64,000 bases of DNA from an uncultured Poribacteria bacterium (GCA_958296135.2 CATQHZ020000001.1:2592001-2656000); one strand, 5' to 3'; positions 28,162-38,771 are shown, counted from the stretch's first letter. Notes: generated by a model not told the origin, from the sequence alone. A program made the numbers and translations.

Positions 28162-28645
28162 GGTTCTTGACGAAATCCGCAAACGGGTGGGCGAAGAGAA
28201 CCTTACGAACTCCTGCGGCGGCGAGGGATGTCGGGTGGATATGACTGATGTCCCGCGTGAGCGGATTGTGGTAGACGTTGAACGTGTGTTTCAAGTCAAC
28301 CGAAGGAGAGGCAAGCGATGCGACCGGATGCTTTTTTACGTTGATACGGCTAGAAGCAAACTCGTTGTCGTCTTAATTGAACTCAAGAGCGGCAACGTCA
28401 ACGCCAGGAAAGTCTCCGAACAATTGCAAAGCGGGGCAAACTTTGCTTCTGGTTTAGTGCCGCCGGATATTGAAACGACTTGCATCCCAGTGGTGTTCCA
28501 CGGCGCGCGAATTCATGATGCACAACTCCCAAAACTGAAACGAGCCGAAATCCGTTTCCATCGCCGGACGTTTCCTATTTGGAAAAGGAAATGTGGTAGA
28601 CGCACCAAAAATCTGGCGAGTGTGCTGAAACTCGCGTCGGCATAA
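28148..28645 (+). CDS. Putative PD-(D/E)XK nuclease-like partner protein
   Basis: Overlaps the ATPase stop; KRCD...VLIELKSG...EQL pattern; basic C-terminus. Confidence 0.6.
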   Translation: MEWSEVLDEIRKRVGEENLTNSCGGEGCRVDMTDVPRERIVVDVERVFQVNRRRGKRCDRMLFYVDTARSKLVVVLIELKSGNVNARKVSEQLQSGANFASGLVPPDIETTCIPVVFHGARIHDAQLPKLKRAEIRFHRRTFPIWKRKCGRRTKNLASVLKLASA

Positions 28646-28916
28646 TACCAATAGGACTGACGCAGACCCAACCCGGTACAAACCAATGCATCGAGACGTT
28701 AATGCGCAAGGTTAGTTGGATTCGTGGCAAACTTGAAGGACGCAACGAGTCAAAAAGTGAAAATAGTTTGCATTTTCCCGTTGAATAGGGTATACTAATT
28801 AGCAAACGATTTTAACATATTCCACGCCGAAAGGCAAGAGCGATTTTTTCAGCCATATATGTCAAAACAGACAGCCTTGCGCCCGGCATCGGGTGAGGAA
28901 GGAGTTTGTGTCAACA

Positions 28917-29123
28917 ATGCAGAAACGTGGCATCTATGAGCAGATGGTGCGAGTCCTAGAGAACCATGGCGGGCTGATATTATCACATATCGCTATCTTC
29001 GCCTTCTATGGGTATCTGTTTCTCGCACATTGGAAACCGAATAGCGGGCTGGTAACATTGCTGCAAGCGCACGGCAGCACCGCACAAGTTGTCTCAATTG
29101 CAGCAGTTTTGACAGCCGCATGA
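28917..29123 (+). CDS. Small membrane protein (repeat copy 2)
   Basis: Paralog of 26088..26294 with two amino-acid differences. Confidence 0.6.
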   Translation: MQKRGIYEQMVRVLENHGGLILSHIAIFAFYGYLFLAHWKPNSGLVTLLQAHGSTAQVVSIAAVLTAA

Positions 29124-29144
29124 CTTACAGGGTGGGGTGAAAAA

Positions 29145-29360
29145 GTGTTATTTCGACTGAAGGAACGCGAGCGGTTGGCGCACTTAGAAGACCGCGTCGC
29201 CGAACTGGAACCTCTGGCTGCAAAAGTCCCGCTGCTAGAACAGCAGAACGCCGAAAAGGACGCGCGCAACGCTGAACTGGTAGCGCGCAACGCCGAACTG
29301 GTAGCGCGTAACACCGCATTGGAAAACCAGAAGGCACCAACGCAACCGGAGCATCACTAA
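29145..29360 (+). CDS. Small coiled-coil protein (repeat copy 2)
   Basis: Paralog of 26316..26510; heptads DARNAEL-VARNAEL-VARNTAL. Confidence 0.6.
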   Translation: MLFRLKERERLAHLEDRVAELEPLAAKVPLLEQQNAEKDARNAELVARNAELVARNTALENQKAPTQPEHH

Positions 29361-29503
29361 GGAAAAAGGGATTTCTATATCCACCCTTATACCCAAATTA
29401 ACAGGCGGATATGGAAATCCTCCCTTATAAGCGAGAAACCGAAAGAGGCCTGCTTACTTAAAGGACAAGAAACGCTCGCCCAACGCATTGCGAAAAACGA
29501 AAA

Positions 29504-32500
29504 ATGAACATTCTACACGAACTCAACGAAAAACAGAAACAAGCAGTCACGCATCAAGACGGACCGCTACTCGTCATCGCGGGGCCCGGCACCGGGAAAA
29601 CAAAAGTCATCACGCACCGCATCGCCTACCTCATCCGCCAACACGGCGTGAGACCGGAGCAAATCCTCGCAATCACGTTCACCAATAAGGCGGCGCAAGA
29701 AATGCAGGAACGAGTCAACCGCGAGATTGGCGCGCCGCACGGCTCCAACGTCAAGGTCTGCACCTTCCACGCGTTTTGCGTCCGAGTGCTACGAAAGCAC
29801 GCCGCCGCAATCGGGTTGAGCGAAAACTTCACTATTTTCGACCAGGAGATTCAAGACGAACTCTTCACCGAAGCAGTCCGCGAACTCATACTCGATCCTG
29901 ACGAATATCCGCCTTGGATGCTGCGGAATATCATCAGCACCGCCAAAGGCAAACTCGGCGACGTTGGATTCTGTCGGGAGGATGGCACGCCGATCGAGGA
30001 TACAACCCAGATTGCCGATATCGGTAGCGTGGCAAAGGCATATCAACGCAAACTTGATGCATACAACGCACTAGACTTCGACGATCTGCTGGCAAAAACG
30101 GTCACCTTGCTTGAACAAGCACCGGCCGTGCAGAAAACCTATCATCAGGACATCCGCCATATCCTCGTGGACGAGTATCACGATGTGAACGGCGTGCAGT
30201 ATCGCCTATTGCAACTGTTGTGCGCGCCGCCATCCCGAAACCTGATGGTAGTCGCCGATGAAGACCAGGCTATCTACAGCTGGCGCGGTTCCAACCCGCA
30301 ATATATCGCCGATTTCACCGCCGAGTTTGAGCCGCGCGTCATTCATTTAGACGAGCACTATCGCTGCAGCGAGAAAATCTTGCGCGCCGCAGAAGAAGTC
30401 ATATCAAAAAATGCGGAACGCCAAAATCGGCACACACTGAAAACCCACGAAGGCGTAGGACGCGACATCTTCCATTATACCTTCACAACGCAGGTTGAGG
30501 AGGCACAGCGCATCATCCAGATTATCCGAAAACTGATCGCGCAGCGGAATTACTCCTATCGGGAAATCGCGATTTTCTACCGTCAGCATAAACTCGCGAA
30601 CGTCTTGGAAGAGCAGCTGACCAAGGAAAACATTGAATTCCAGCGAATCCAACCCACCAACGCGTTTCAGGCAGAGAACACCAAAGCCATCGTCGCTTAC
30701 CTCAGCTTCGCGCAGTGGCAAATCCCGCGAGACTTAGAACTCGCCATCAGTTTCCCTGAAAAACGGATTGACGATTTGACGTGGGTGCGACTCAAGTGGC
30801 TCGCCCAACGCGAACGCATTCCGTTGGTAGAACTGCTGAAAAATATTGACGCATACCCCAAAGATGTCGGCCCATTAACCCGCCGAAATGTGAAGCAGTT
30901 TTGGGCGCAACTTGACGAATTGATGGCGGGAATGGACGATGAACGGCCAGCTAAAATCGTTCAGAAGTTGTTTGACATCCTGGAACATTCTCGTTCACCT
31001 TACCGCGAGGAAGAAGTCGCTGACATCGAGAAGCACCCGGTGAACGCAAACCTCAATATCGCCCGCGATGTCCTCTACAGCGCGATTGATGGAAGCGAAC
31101 GCATCCAGATTACCGCCGCTTACGGCATCGACGCGTACTGTGCCGCGCATATCCTCCGGCAGACACTGGAGACGTATCTCGCGCAGCCCGTTCACATCCG
31201 ATTCCTCCCGGTAGAAGAGCCCTCCCGGTCGCGACAACCCGCCTCTCCCCCGGAAGGTACCGATGTCCACCTGCTCATCGGTGCTCTTGTAGCAGACGCG
31301 AACACCGCCGCGAGGACAATTCTGATTGGCAACGCCACCGCCACAGACGACAGCGCGATTCACCTGCAACCCGATGGGGCACTGAGCATCACCGCGCTGG
31401 CATTATGCCAACGCCTGATTGGCCGCTTTGAAAGCCCAAACATGGCAGATATGGTTGTCTATGACTTGGAGACAACAGGAATTAAGCCGAAAACTGCCCA
31501 GATTGTTGAGATAGGCGCGCACCGACTCAGTGCCATTGGAGACGAGGTGGACAAGTTCTATCGCTTGGTGAAACCACCGGGCGGACACATCCCGCGGGCA
31601 AGCACCAACGTCCACGGAATTGACGAGGCAACTGTCAAAGACTCGCCGAGTATTGAGACAGTGCTTCCGGAATTCTGTCAATTCATCCGGGACAGGATTC
31701 TGATAGGCCACAACGTCGCGAAATTTGATAACCCTATCCTTGAACGCGACCTGCGCGAGCACCTGAAGATGGAGTTTCGCAATCCTTATTACGATACGCT
31801 TGTCACCGCGAGACGGCTTTTCCCGCGGGAACGGTGTAACATTAAGGCACTCGCCGATAGGTTCGGCATCCCGCACGGCCGCTTACACAACGCGCTTGAT
31901 GACATTGCGGCGAACCGCGAAATCTTCAAGACATTAATTCAACTAGATTCACACAAGCGCGAGATAACGTCGTTAACGGAACTTCTACCGTTTGTCGGGC
32001 TCGGCATTCTTGCGCAAAATGCCGCGCCGAGCAGCGATTCAGCGCGCGCGTTATTGAATACGGCAAAGCGGCACATCCAAACGCACGGCGCGCCGGAACA
32101 ACTCGCAAAACTACTCCCCTTGGAAACTGCCGAAGAAGAGCAGCTCGGCAGGCTTCTGGCAGATTTAAAGCAATCTAGGGCTCCAATCTTGCCCGAAGAT
32201 GAACAGTGGCAAAAACGGCGCGTGCAGATGATGAACGCCGTGCTACACTTTGAGGGAATGAGCGAGGAACATCGGCTGGCAAGCTTCCTCGATTATCAGA
32301 AACTGCTCACGGGCAGCGATGAGCGAGACAACACCAGCGAGAAACTCACGCTCATGACACTGCACTCGGCGAAGGGAACAGAATTCCCAGTTGTCTTCAT
32401 CATCGGCATGGAAGAAGGCAGTTTTCCGATGTGGAAACTGAACATGACAGCGGCGGAGATTGAGGAGGAACGGCGGCTGTTTTATGTCGGTATGACGCGG

Positions 32501-32635
32501 GCGCAGCAGCAACTCTATCTCACGTCTACCGAGTATCGCTTTGACGACAGACAACGCGCAGCCTCTCTGTTCGTCCGGGAGATTCCATCGAACTATATTG
32601 AGAAATGGACGACACCCAGACAGCATTTTCGATAG
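29504..32635 (+). CDS. UvrD/PcrA SF1 helicase with an inserted DEDDh (DnaQ-like) exonuclease and a degenerate RecJ/DHH-like module
   Basis: Helicase motifs AGPGTGKT, TFTNKAA, TFHAF, DEYHD, QAIYSWRG, MTLHSAKGTEF, EERRLFYVGMTRA. Exonuclease motifs DLETTG, GHNVAKFD, HNALDD. Confidence 0.9.
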   Translation: MNILHELNEKQKQAVTHQDGPLLVIAGPGTGKTKVITHRIAYLIRQHGVRPEQILAITFTNKAAQEMQERVNREIGAPHGSNVKVCTFHAFCVRVLRKHAAAIGLSENFTIFDQEIQDELFTEAVRELILDPDEYPPWMLRNIISTAKGKLGDVGFCREDGTPIEDTTQIADIGSVAKAYQRKLDAYNALDFDDLLAKTVTLLEQAPAVQKTYHQDIRHILVDEYHDVNGVQYRLLQLLCAPPSRNLMVVADEDQAIYSWRGSNPQYIADFTAEFEPRVIHLDEHYRCSEKILRAAEEVISKNAERQNRHTLKTHEGVGRDIFHYTFTTQVEEAQRIIQIIRKLIAQRNYSYREIAIFYRQHKLANVLEEQLTKENIEFQRIQPTNAFQAENTKAIVAYLSFAQWQIPRDLELAISFPEKRIDDLTWVRLKWLAQRERIPLVELLKNIDAYPKDVGPLTRRNVKQFWAQLDELMAGMDDERPAKIVQKLFDILEHSRSPYREEEVADIEKHPVNANLNIARDVLYSAIDGSERIQITAAYGIDAYCAAHILRQTLETYLAQPVHIRFLPVEEPSRSRQPASPPEGTDVHLLIGALVADANTAARTILIGNATATDDSAIHLQPDGALSITALALCQRLIGRFESPNMADMVVYDLETTGIKPKTAQIVEIGAHRLSAIGDEVDKFYRLVKPPGGHIPRASTNVHGIDEATVKDSPSIETVLPEFCQFIRDRILIGHNVAKFDNPILERDLREHLKMEFRNPYYDTLVTARRLFPRERCNIKALADRFGIPHGRLHNALDDIAANREIFKTLIQLDSHKREITSLTELLPFVGLGILAQNAAPSSDSARALLNTAKRHIQTHGAPEQLAKLLPLETAEEEQLGRLLADLKQSRAPILPEDEQWQKRRVQMMNAVLHFEGMSEEHRLASFLDYQKLLTGSDERDNTSEKLTLMTLHSAKGTEFPVVFIIGMEEGSFPMWKLNMTAAEIEEERRLFYVGMTRAQQQLYLTSTEYRFDDRQRAASLFVREIPSNYIEKWTTPRQHFR

Positions 32636-32810
32636 GAATTCCGTAGCAGAGCACCGCAAGCGCGCTTACCCACCGGATTACGGATTTGTGCCGGCTTGCA
32701 ATCAATTACAAATGTATGTATAATTTCCATTCAAACGCAGACAGGTGGTCGCGAAAACACTTGCAAAAACACCCATCTGTCAATAAACTCTGACAAAGGA
32801 GAAAATAGAA

Positions 32811-34973
32811 ATGTTAACACAATTGAGAATTCCATTATCCGATTTTTTCACGGGTAGAGCTCGCAACTCCATCATGCCGCTGCTGATTGTCGGGCTCGCT
32901 TTTCTGCCGTGCCTCATCGCAGGGGCCGCCGCACCGACGGTAACCCAAGTCCGGTTTAGTAACTCCCCTCCCGATGGGCAGCACAACTTCTATACCGTAG
33001 ACGACGAAATCGAGGTAGAGGTAACGTTCAGCGAAACGGTGACGGTGAGCGGCAGACCGCGCCTGACGTTGATTTTTCACGACTCGGAGGCGGACTACGA
33101 GATTGACGCTAATTATGACAGCGGAAGCGGAACATCAACACTAACCTTCACCTACGAAGTAGCCGAAGGAGAACGGGACCACGACGGCTTGGGGATTAAA
33201 GCAAACAGCCTCAAACTGAGCGGCGGAAGAATTCGCAACGCCGCTGACGAAGAAGCAAACTTAGCCCACAACAGCGTCAGCGACGACACCAGCCGCAAGG
33301 TAGACACGCTCGCAACCTATCTCGTTTTGGACCGCGAACGCGTGGCAGCAAGCCCTATTCTCTTCAACGAAATCGGAAACTCGTCACGGAGAGGATACGA
33401 CTGGATCGAACTACGCAACAAGACAAACAAATCCAGAAGCGTCGAAGATTGGGAAATCAGCATTATTACCGAAGATAAAGACGATGAATCTATCGTCACA
33501 CTCCCAGATCGAGAAATCCCCGCAAACGGCATTTTGCTCCTAGTGAGCCTCGACCCGGGCAGCACCCCGCTTGCCGCCGGGATAGATTTTGAAAGTGCTG
33601 ATACCGAGGGATTCGGCGCGAGACACCTTTATCTTGTCGCAGACGACTTAGAACTCCCCAATGATGGAAGGTTCTTGCTCATCCTGAGAGATGACGATAG
33701 GCATACCGGCACCCTCAGAGCTCTCGTGGATGTCGCAGGGAACCACTTCGCTAACCCGAGTTCAGTCCCCTTAGATGCCGGAAGCACCTGGACCCGAGAC
33801 GATGCCAGAGATGGATACGAAAAAAACGCGTGGGAAGAGGCAGAATACACCGGACTCGGCCACGACCGCGGTGCCGACGATAGCATCAGTAACGGCGGCA
33901 CACCCGGATACGACAACGAAGCAATCAAGAACCGAATTAACGATTTCGACAGCAACGCTCAAATCACAATCAGTGAAATCATGATTGTTACCGGCGGAGA
34001 ACGCGTACCGCAGTGGATAGAACTCTATAACAACTCGTTCACGGAAGCCGTGAATCTAAACGGATGGCACCTGGAAATCGAGAACTATAGTTCCGAAGAT
34101 TCGATGGCAATTCGATACGCAAAAATCACCTTCCGGAACGATCTCTATGTCTTACCGAATCAGACGGTGCTTATCGTCTCTAACACCAGCCGAGTTCGGG
34201 ACGATGATGCCTTTCCATCCGCAGCACGTGTCTACGATCTTTACGACGAACACCGAGTAGACTTGGATATTGAAAGCCGCTGGGATCCCGTGCTGAGCGA
34301 AGAGGGATTCTATCTCGCGCTAACGGACCGCCGAAGCCCCAACAAGCCCGTAGATGAAGTAGGTAACCTGGACGGAAAACGGCAAACCAAGGACGCACCC
34401 GCATGGAAACTGCCACCGGTGCTAACTGAAGACGGAGCCCGCGCTTCAATCATTCGCCGGTACGGAAACGCAAAAAACGGCGGCCGGGCAGAAGCACGCA
34501 ACGGGAAAAAACGCAACGCGTGGACATCTGCAGCGAGCGTCAAACTATTGGGGGATACCTATTACGGAGACACAACAGACCTGGGTAACCCCGGCTACCG
34601 CGCAGGCGGCCCCCTGCCGGTGCAACTTTCTAGCTTCCAGGTAGAACACACCGAAGCAGGCGTTGGCATCAAGTGGGTAACCGAATCCGAATTGAACAAT
34701 GCCGGTTTCAATGTCTTGCGGCGCGAAGCAAAAAACGGGGAGTTCAAACCCCTCAATGCAACGCTCATCGCGGGGGCTGGCACAACCGGTGAACGGAATA
34801 CTTACCAGTTTGTTGATACGACAGCGAAACCCGGAATCGTCTACTATTACCGGCTTGAAGACGTTTCCTTCGCCGGTGAGCGGCAAACCTTGGCGACGCA
34901 CCGTCCGAGAGGACAGATGTCAGCCGCTAGCAAACTCACCACGACATGGGGCAGTTTGAAACGCGAAAATTAA
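32811..34973 (+). CDS. Secreted Ig-like + lamin-tail domain protein with C-terminal LTTTWG tail
   Basis: VTFSETVTVSGRPRL..SGSGTSTLTFTY; ILFNEI..DWIELRN; ITISEIM..QWIELYN; PLPVQLSSF; KLTTTWGSLK. Confidence 0.85.
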   Translation: MLTQLRIPLSDFFTGRARNSIMPLLIVGLAFLPCLIAGAAAPTVTQVRFSNSPPDGQHNFYTVDDEIEVEVTFSETVTVSGRPRLTLIFHDSEADYEIDANYDSGSGTSTLTFTYEVAEGERDHDGLGIKANSLKLSGGRIRNAADEEANLAHNSVSDDTSRKVDTLATYLVLDRERVAASPILFNEIGNSSRRGYDWIELRNKTNKSRSVEDWEISIITEDKDDESIVTLPDREIPANGILLLVSLDPGSTPLAAGIDFESADTEGFGARHLYLVADDLELPNDGRFLLILRDDDRHTGTLRALVDVAGNHFANPSSVPLDAGSTWTRDDARDGYEKNAWEEAEYTGLGHDRGADDSISNGGTPGYDNEAIKNRINDFDSNAQITISEIMIVTGGERVPQWIELYNNSFTEAVNLNGWHLEIENYSSEDSMAIRYAKITFRNDLYVLPNQTVLIVSNTSRVRDDDAFPSAARVYDLYDEHRVDLDIESRWDPVLSEEGFYLALTDRRSPNKPVDEVGNLDGKRQTKDAPAWKLPPVLTEDGARASIIRRYGNAKNGGRAEARNGKKRNAWTSAASVKLLGDTYYGDTTDLGNPGYRAGGPLPVQLSSFQVEHTEAGVGIKWVTESELNNAGFNVLRREAKNGEFKPLNATLIAGAGTTGERNTYQFVDTTAKPGIVYYYRLEDVSFAGERQTLATHRPRGQMSAASKLTTTWGSLKREN

Positions 34974-35172
34974 GAGGAACCCGAATGCCTCTCGCGTCGG
35001 CGCGCTTTGATGAAATATGAGAATTAAATCGGACAATTTGCCTGGGCAGTCTGCAACGTAGCCGCGCCCAGCACACCACCCTGTAAGGGCGGATGTCTCT
35101 ATCCGCCCGCCGGGGAATTACCCGAGCCATTTCTTAATCCTCGTGAAAGCGCGCTTGCGGAATGCGTAAAAA

Positions 35173-36147
35173 ATGCGAATTGATTGCCAAAGCCACATAT
35201 TTCCACGCGCCTATAGCGATATCCTCGCGCAAAATCCACACCCGCCGCAAATAATTCGCCGCGGAAGCGAGGCACTCGTTACGTATGGCGATGTCCAACA
35301 GTTTCGCTTACAAGACGAGGCATACGCCCCAGAACGAAAACTGCGGGATATGGATGCAGCAGGCGTGGATATGGCGCTGCTCAGCACCAATATTCCACCA
35401 CCGTGCATGCTCGCACCGGCACTCGGGCTCAAAGGCGCGCAGGCCATTAACGATGCTATTGCGGAACTTGTCGACGCGCACCCACATCGATTTGCTGGCT
35501 TGGCATGCCTACCGTGGCAAAACCCCGAAGAGGCACTCGCCGAGATGGAACGCGCAAAAGCGATGGGATTCCGCGGCATCATGCTTTACTCGCACATCGG
35601 CGGAAAACCTGTCGATGACGCGCGCTTCGCATCGGTTTACGCACACGCCGAAGCGATGAAAATGCCGATTGTCATGCACCCCACCGTGCCAACCTGGGGC
35701 GCGGCAATCAAGCACCACTGGATGATAGGCATGATGGGGTTGCAAGTGGACTGTAGCTTCGCGATGCTGCGCTTGATTCTCAGCGGCATTTTGGAACGAC
35801 ACCCGAATTTACAAGTCGTGATGCCCCACGTCGGCGGCATTCTGCCCTATATGAGCGGACGCATTGAGCATCAGACAGAAGTATTGGGCAGGGCCAGAGA
35901 ACATATCACGCAACCGCCGAGTGCATACCTCCGCCGAATTTATTTGGACACCGTGTCACCATCGCCGCAGGCACTGCACTACGCATATCAGTTCTCCGGC
36001 GCGCATCGCCTGCTCTTCGGCACAGATCATCCGTGGGTAGACATGCCCCGGTTCGTCCGTTTAATTCAGGAAATGCACATCCCTGGAACAGACAAGGCGC
36101 AAATTTTTGCCGGTAATGCCCAAGCATTGTTCAGACTCGCAGCGTAG
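35173..36147 (+). CDS. Amidohydrolase family protein (ACMSD/LigW-like)
   Basis: IDCQSH, IVMHP, PHVGG, LFGTDHP, IFAGNA. Confidence 0.85.
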   Translation: MRIDCQSHIFPRAYSDILAQNPHPPQIIRRGSEALVTYGDVQQFRLQDEAYAPERKLRDMDAAGVDMALLSTNIPPPCMLAPALGLKGAQAINDAIAELVDAHPHRFAGLACLPWQNPEEALAEMERAKAMGFRGIMLYSHIGGKPVDDARFASVYAHAEAMKMPIVMHPTVPTWGAAIKHHWMIGMMGLQVDCSFAMLRLILSGILERHPNLQVVMPHVGGILPYMSGRIEHQTEVLGRAREHITQPPSAYLRRIYLDTVSPSPQALHYAYQFSGAHRLLFGTDHPWVDMPRFVRLIQEMHIPGTDKAQIFAGNAQALFRLAA

Positions 36148-36259
36148 CTGCGAATGCCAGCGCGCGATATCGTCAGGGTTACGCAACCTCCCGTAGGCCC
36201 AGTTTCAAACCGCGCCTACCGGAACAGACCCTTTTGAACCGATGATGAGGAGCAGAAAC

Positions 36260-37063
36260 GTGTCCCACGAACTAACAGAAACGCAACGGTTCTTCTTTGA
36301 GAACAACGGCTATTTGGTGCTAGAAAACTTTCTCGCAGCACCGCATGTAGCCGCACTCCGGGGAGCCCTTGCCGAAGCAATAGAAAAACGACGGGAACTT
36401 GAAACGAAAGGGCTCCCGCAAACCGGGATGACGCAGATTCACGGTGAGAAAAGCACCCGCATCTTCTATATCCTCGGAGAGCATCCGCTGTTTTTGGAGC
36501 TGCTGGATTGGCAACCAATTCTGCCGTATATCATAGGGCTGCTCAATAAGATGCCGCACCATCACGCATCCGATGCCATCGTTGAGCACGGCACAGAACT
36601 GACAGAACGCCCCATGGGATGGCACATCGACGGCCACGATGACGGGTATCGCAACCTGCGCCCAATTCCGATGTTGCAACTCAAAATCGGATACTACCTC
36701 TCCGATATGACAGAAGGAGGCCAGGGCAATCTGTGGCTCATCCCCGGAAGCCATAAGGCGATGAATGACCCGAGCCACGAAGAACTCCGGCACCCTTACG
36801 AGTACCCCGGCACATTGGAAGTGTGCGCCCCAGCGGGGAGCGCGATTTTGTTCCATAACGCGCTCTGGCACTCAGCCGGCATCTTTACCAAGCCGGACGG
36901 ATGCCGCGAGATGCTCTATTACGCGTATGAACACCCCTGGATGATCGCCTCGCAAGAACATTGGGGATATCCAAAGGCCTTCTATAACGACATGCTTTCG
37001 CCAGCACAGCGGAAGTTTTTCCACGGGTTCGTCTTCGACCCGCCGGAACAGCGATGGGGGTAA
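36260..37063 (+). CDS. PhyH-family Fe/2OG dioxygenase
   Basis: LTETQRFFFENNGYL, GWHIDG, IPGSH, AGSAILFHNALWH; GAGGAG RBS before GTG 36260. Confidence 0.85.
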   Translation: MSHELTETQRFFFENNGYLVLENFLAAPHVAALRGALAEAIEKRRELETKGLPQTGMTQIHGEKSTRIFYILGEHPLFLELLDWQPILPYIIGLLNKMPHHHASDAIVEHGTELTERPMGWHIDGHDDGYRNLRPIPMLQLKIGYYLSDMTEGGQGNLWLIPGSHKAMNDPSHEELRHPYEYPGTLEVCAPAGSAILFHNALWHSAGIFTKPDGCREMLYYAYEHPWMIASQEHWGYPKAFYNDMLSPAQRKFFHGFVFDPPEQRWG

Positions 37064-37300
37064 ATTGAAAAGTGTCAAGAGAGGAAACAGATGTGACGCG
37101 CACTCGCGCTGAGCCGTTGACACGTGAAGAGTCAGGCGCGGCATCGTCGCGCAGGCACGCGTGCCGCCTTGAAGCAGCATACGGTGAGGATAAACCCGAT
37201 ATTATGAACCATCGTAGACATCGAGAAACGTGCCCTAAGCCTTGCATCCAACGAATACCCTGACGCTCAACCGATAACAGACAAATGGAGGAAATGGACT

Positions 37301-38179
37301 ATGCATCTAACCGATTCTCAAGTTTCGTTTTTTGACGACAACGGGTATCTCTTGCTTGAAGATGTGCTTGATGAGAACGACCTGGGCCCCGTCACTGACG
37401 AATACAGCGCGATTATCGCAGAACGCGCAGAGAAATTGCACGCCGAAGGGAAGGTTACCGCCACGCACGCCGATAAACCGTTCACGGAACGGCTCCTGCA
37501 CCTCGCCGCCGAGGCACCGGAAATTACCGCGAATCTTGACATTATGCAGGCGCGCGGCGAAGAAACGTTTAACTTCCTCAAGAACCCCAAAATCCTTGAT
37601 ATTGCCGAATCTTTCATCGGTTCGGAAATTGTCTGCAACCCTATCCAACACATTCGCGCAGTGCTACCCCGGCGCGAATCGCAAAGAGCACCGACACCGT
37701 GGCACCAAGACGCAGGCGTCTGCTGGCCCGACACAGACGCCCACTTTATGCTCACTGTGTGGATACCCATTGTGGACGCAACGTTGCAAAACGGTTGTCT
37801 CCAAGTAATGCCGAGAAGTCATCGACTCGGGCTGTGTCAACACGATTGGACTGCCAGCGGCTTGGCCGTCCTCCCAGAACATCAGCCCACCGCGCTTGAA
37901 CCGAAACCGCTGCCGATTCGCGCGGGCGGGGTTATCTTATTCCACAATTACTCGCTCCACAGCGCAAAACCGAATGAATCGGAGAGCATCCGGTGGAGCT
38001 TCGATCTGCGTTATCACGACGCTTATCAGCCAACAGGACGGCCCTTCTACCCAGCGTTTCTAATGCGCAGCCGGATGCGGCCCCACGCGCTTCAAACCGA
38101 TTACGAGACATGGTGTCAACGTTGGGAATTCGCATTGGAGCATTCCAAGGGCGCGCAAGCCTACCGGTGGCCCCGGTAA
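37301..38179 (+). CDS. PhyH-family Fe/2OG dioxygenase
   Basis: TPWHQDAG, WIPIVDATLQNGCL, LHSAKPN, RWSFDLRY. Confidence 0.9.
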   Translation: MHLTDSQVSFFDDNGYLLLEDVLDENDLGPVTDEYSAIIAERAEKLHAEGKVTATHADKPFTERLLHLAAEAPEITANLDIMQARGEETFNFLKNPKILDIAESFIGSEIVCNPIQHIRAVLPRRESQRAPTPWHQDAGVCWPDTDAHFMLTVWIPIVDATLQNGCLQVMPRSHRLGLCQHDWTASGLAVLPEHQPTALEPKPLPIRAGGVILFHNYSLHSAKPNESESIRWSFDLRYHDAYQPTGRPFYPAFLMRSRMRPHALQTDYETWCQRWEFALEHSKGAQAYRWPR

Positions 38180-38339
38180 AAACAGCAAACATCCGGTAGG
38201 TGCTCTGAAAGCAAGCCTACCGGATTCAACTAATACCAAATGACCTGGATTTGCCGGCGGATGTCTATATCCGCCCGTAACAAACCAAGGACACGCCGCA
38301 TTAACATCATTTGGAAACCACCACGGATAGGAGGAAAAA

Positions 38340-38771
38340 TTGCTCGCCATTTCAGCCTTACCAACAATCAACGCCTTGCTAAACACCCTCAGCGGGATTC
38401 TGTTGACAACAGGGTATCTGCTTATTCGGCAACGGAAAATTGCGGCGCATAAAAACTGCATGCTAGCCGCCTTTGCCGTTTCAACACTGTTCCTCGGCTC
38501 TTACCTTATCTACCACTATCACGCCGGCTCAAAACCGTTTCCTGGGCAAGGCTGGATCCGCCCAGTCTACTATACCATCTTAATCTCGCACATCCTCTTG
38601 GCAATTGTGATTGTGCCGCTGGCACTGCGGACGCTCTACCTCGCTTGGAAGGAACGTTTTGACGAGCACCGCCGCATCGCCAAAATCACCTTTCCTCTCT
38701 GGATGTACGTCTCCGTAACAGGAGTCATCATCTATCTGATGCTCTATCAATTTTACCCAGCCACACCGTAG
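38340..38771 (+). CDS. DUF420 family membrane protein
   Basis: LPTINALLN, HKNCM, YYTILISHILLA, WMYVSVTG. Confidence 0.9.
   Translation: MLAISALPTINALLNTLSGILLTTGYLLIRQRKIAAHKNCMLAAFAVSTLFLGSYLIYHYHAGSKPFPGQGWIRPVYYTILISHILLAIVIVPLALRTLYLAWKERFDEHRRIAKITFPLWMYVSVTGVIIYLMLYQFYPATP

Larger units (their letters stand above)
28757..29427 (+). repeat. Long direct repeat, copy 2
   Basis: Near-identical to 25925-26575, with one extra 21-bp heptad unit; TTGCAT-N17-TATACT. Confidence 0.95.

Noticed and set aside
25925-29427. Diversity-generating retroelement TR/VR pair, or IS-bounded composite transposon
   Set aside because: Differences between the copies are not adenine-specific and are mostly synonymous. 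There is no reverse transcriptase, transposase or terminal inverted repeat.
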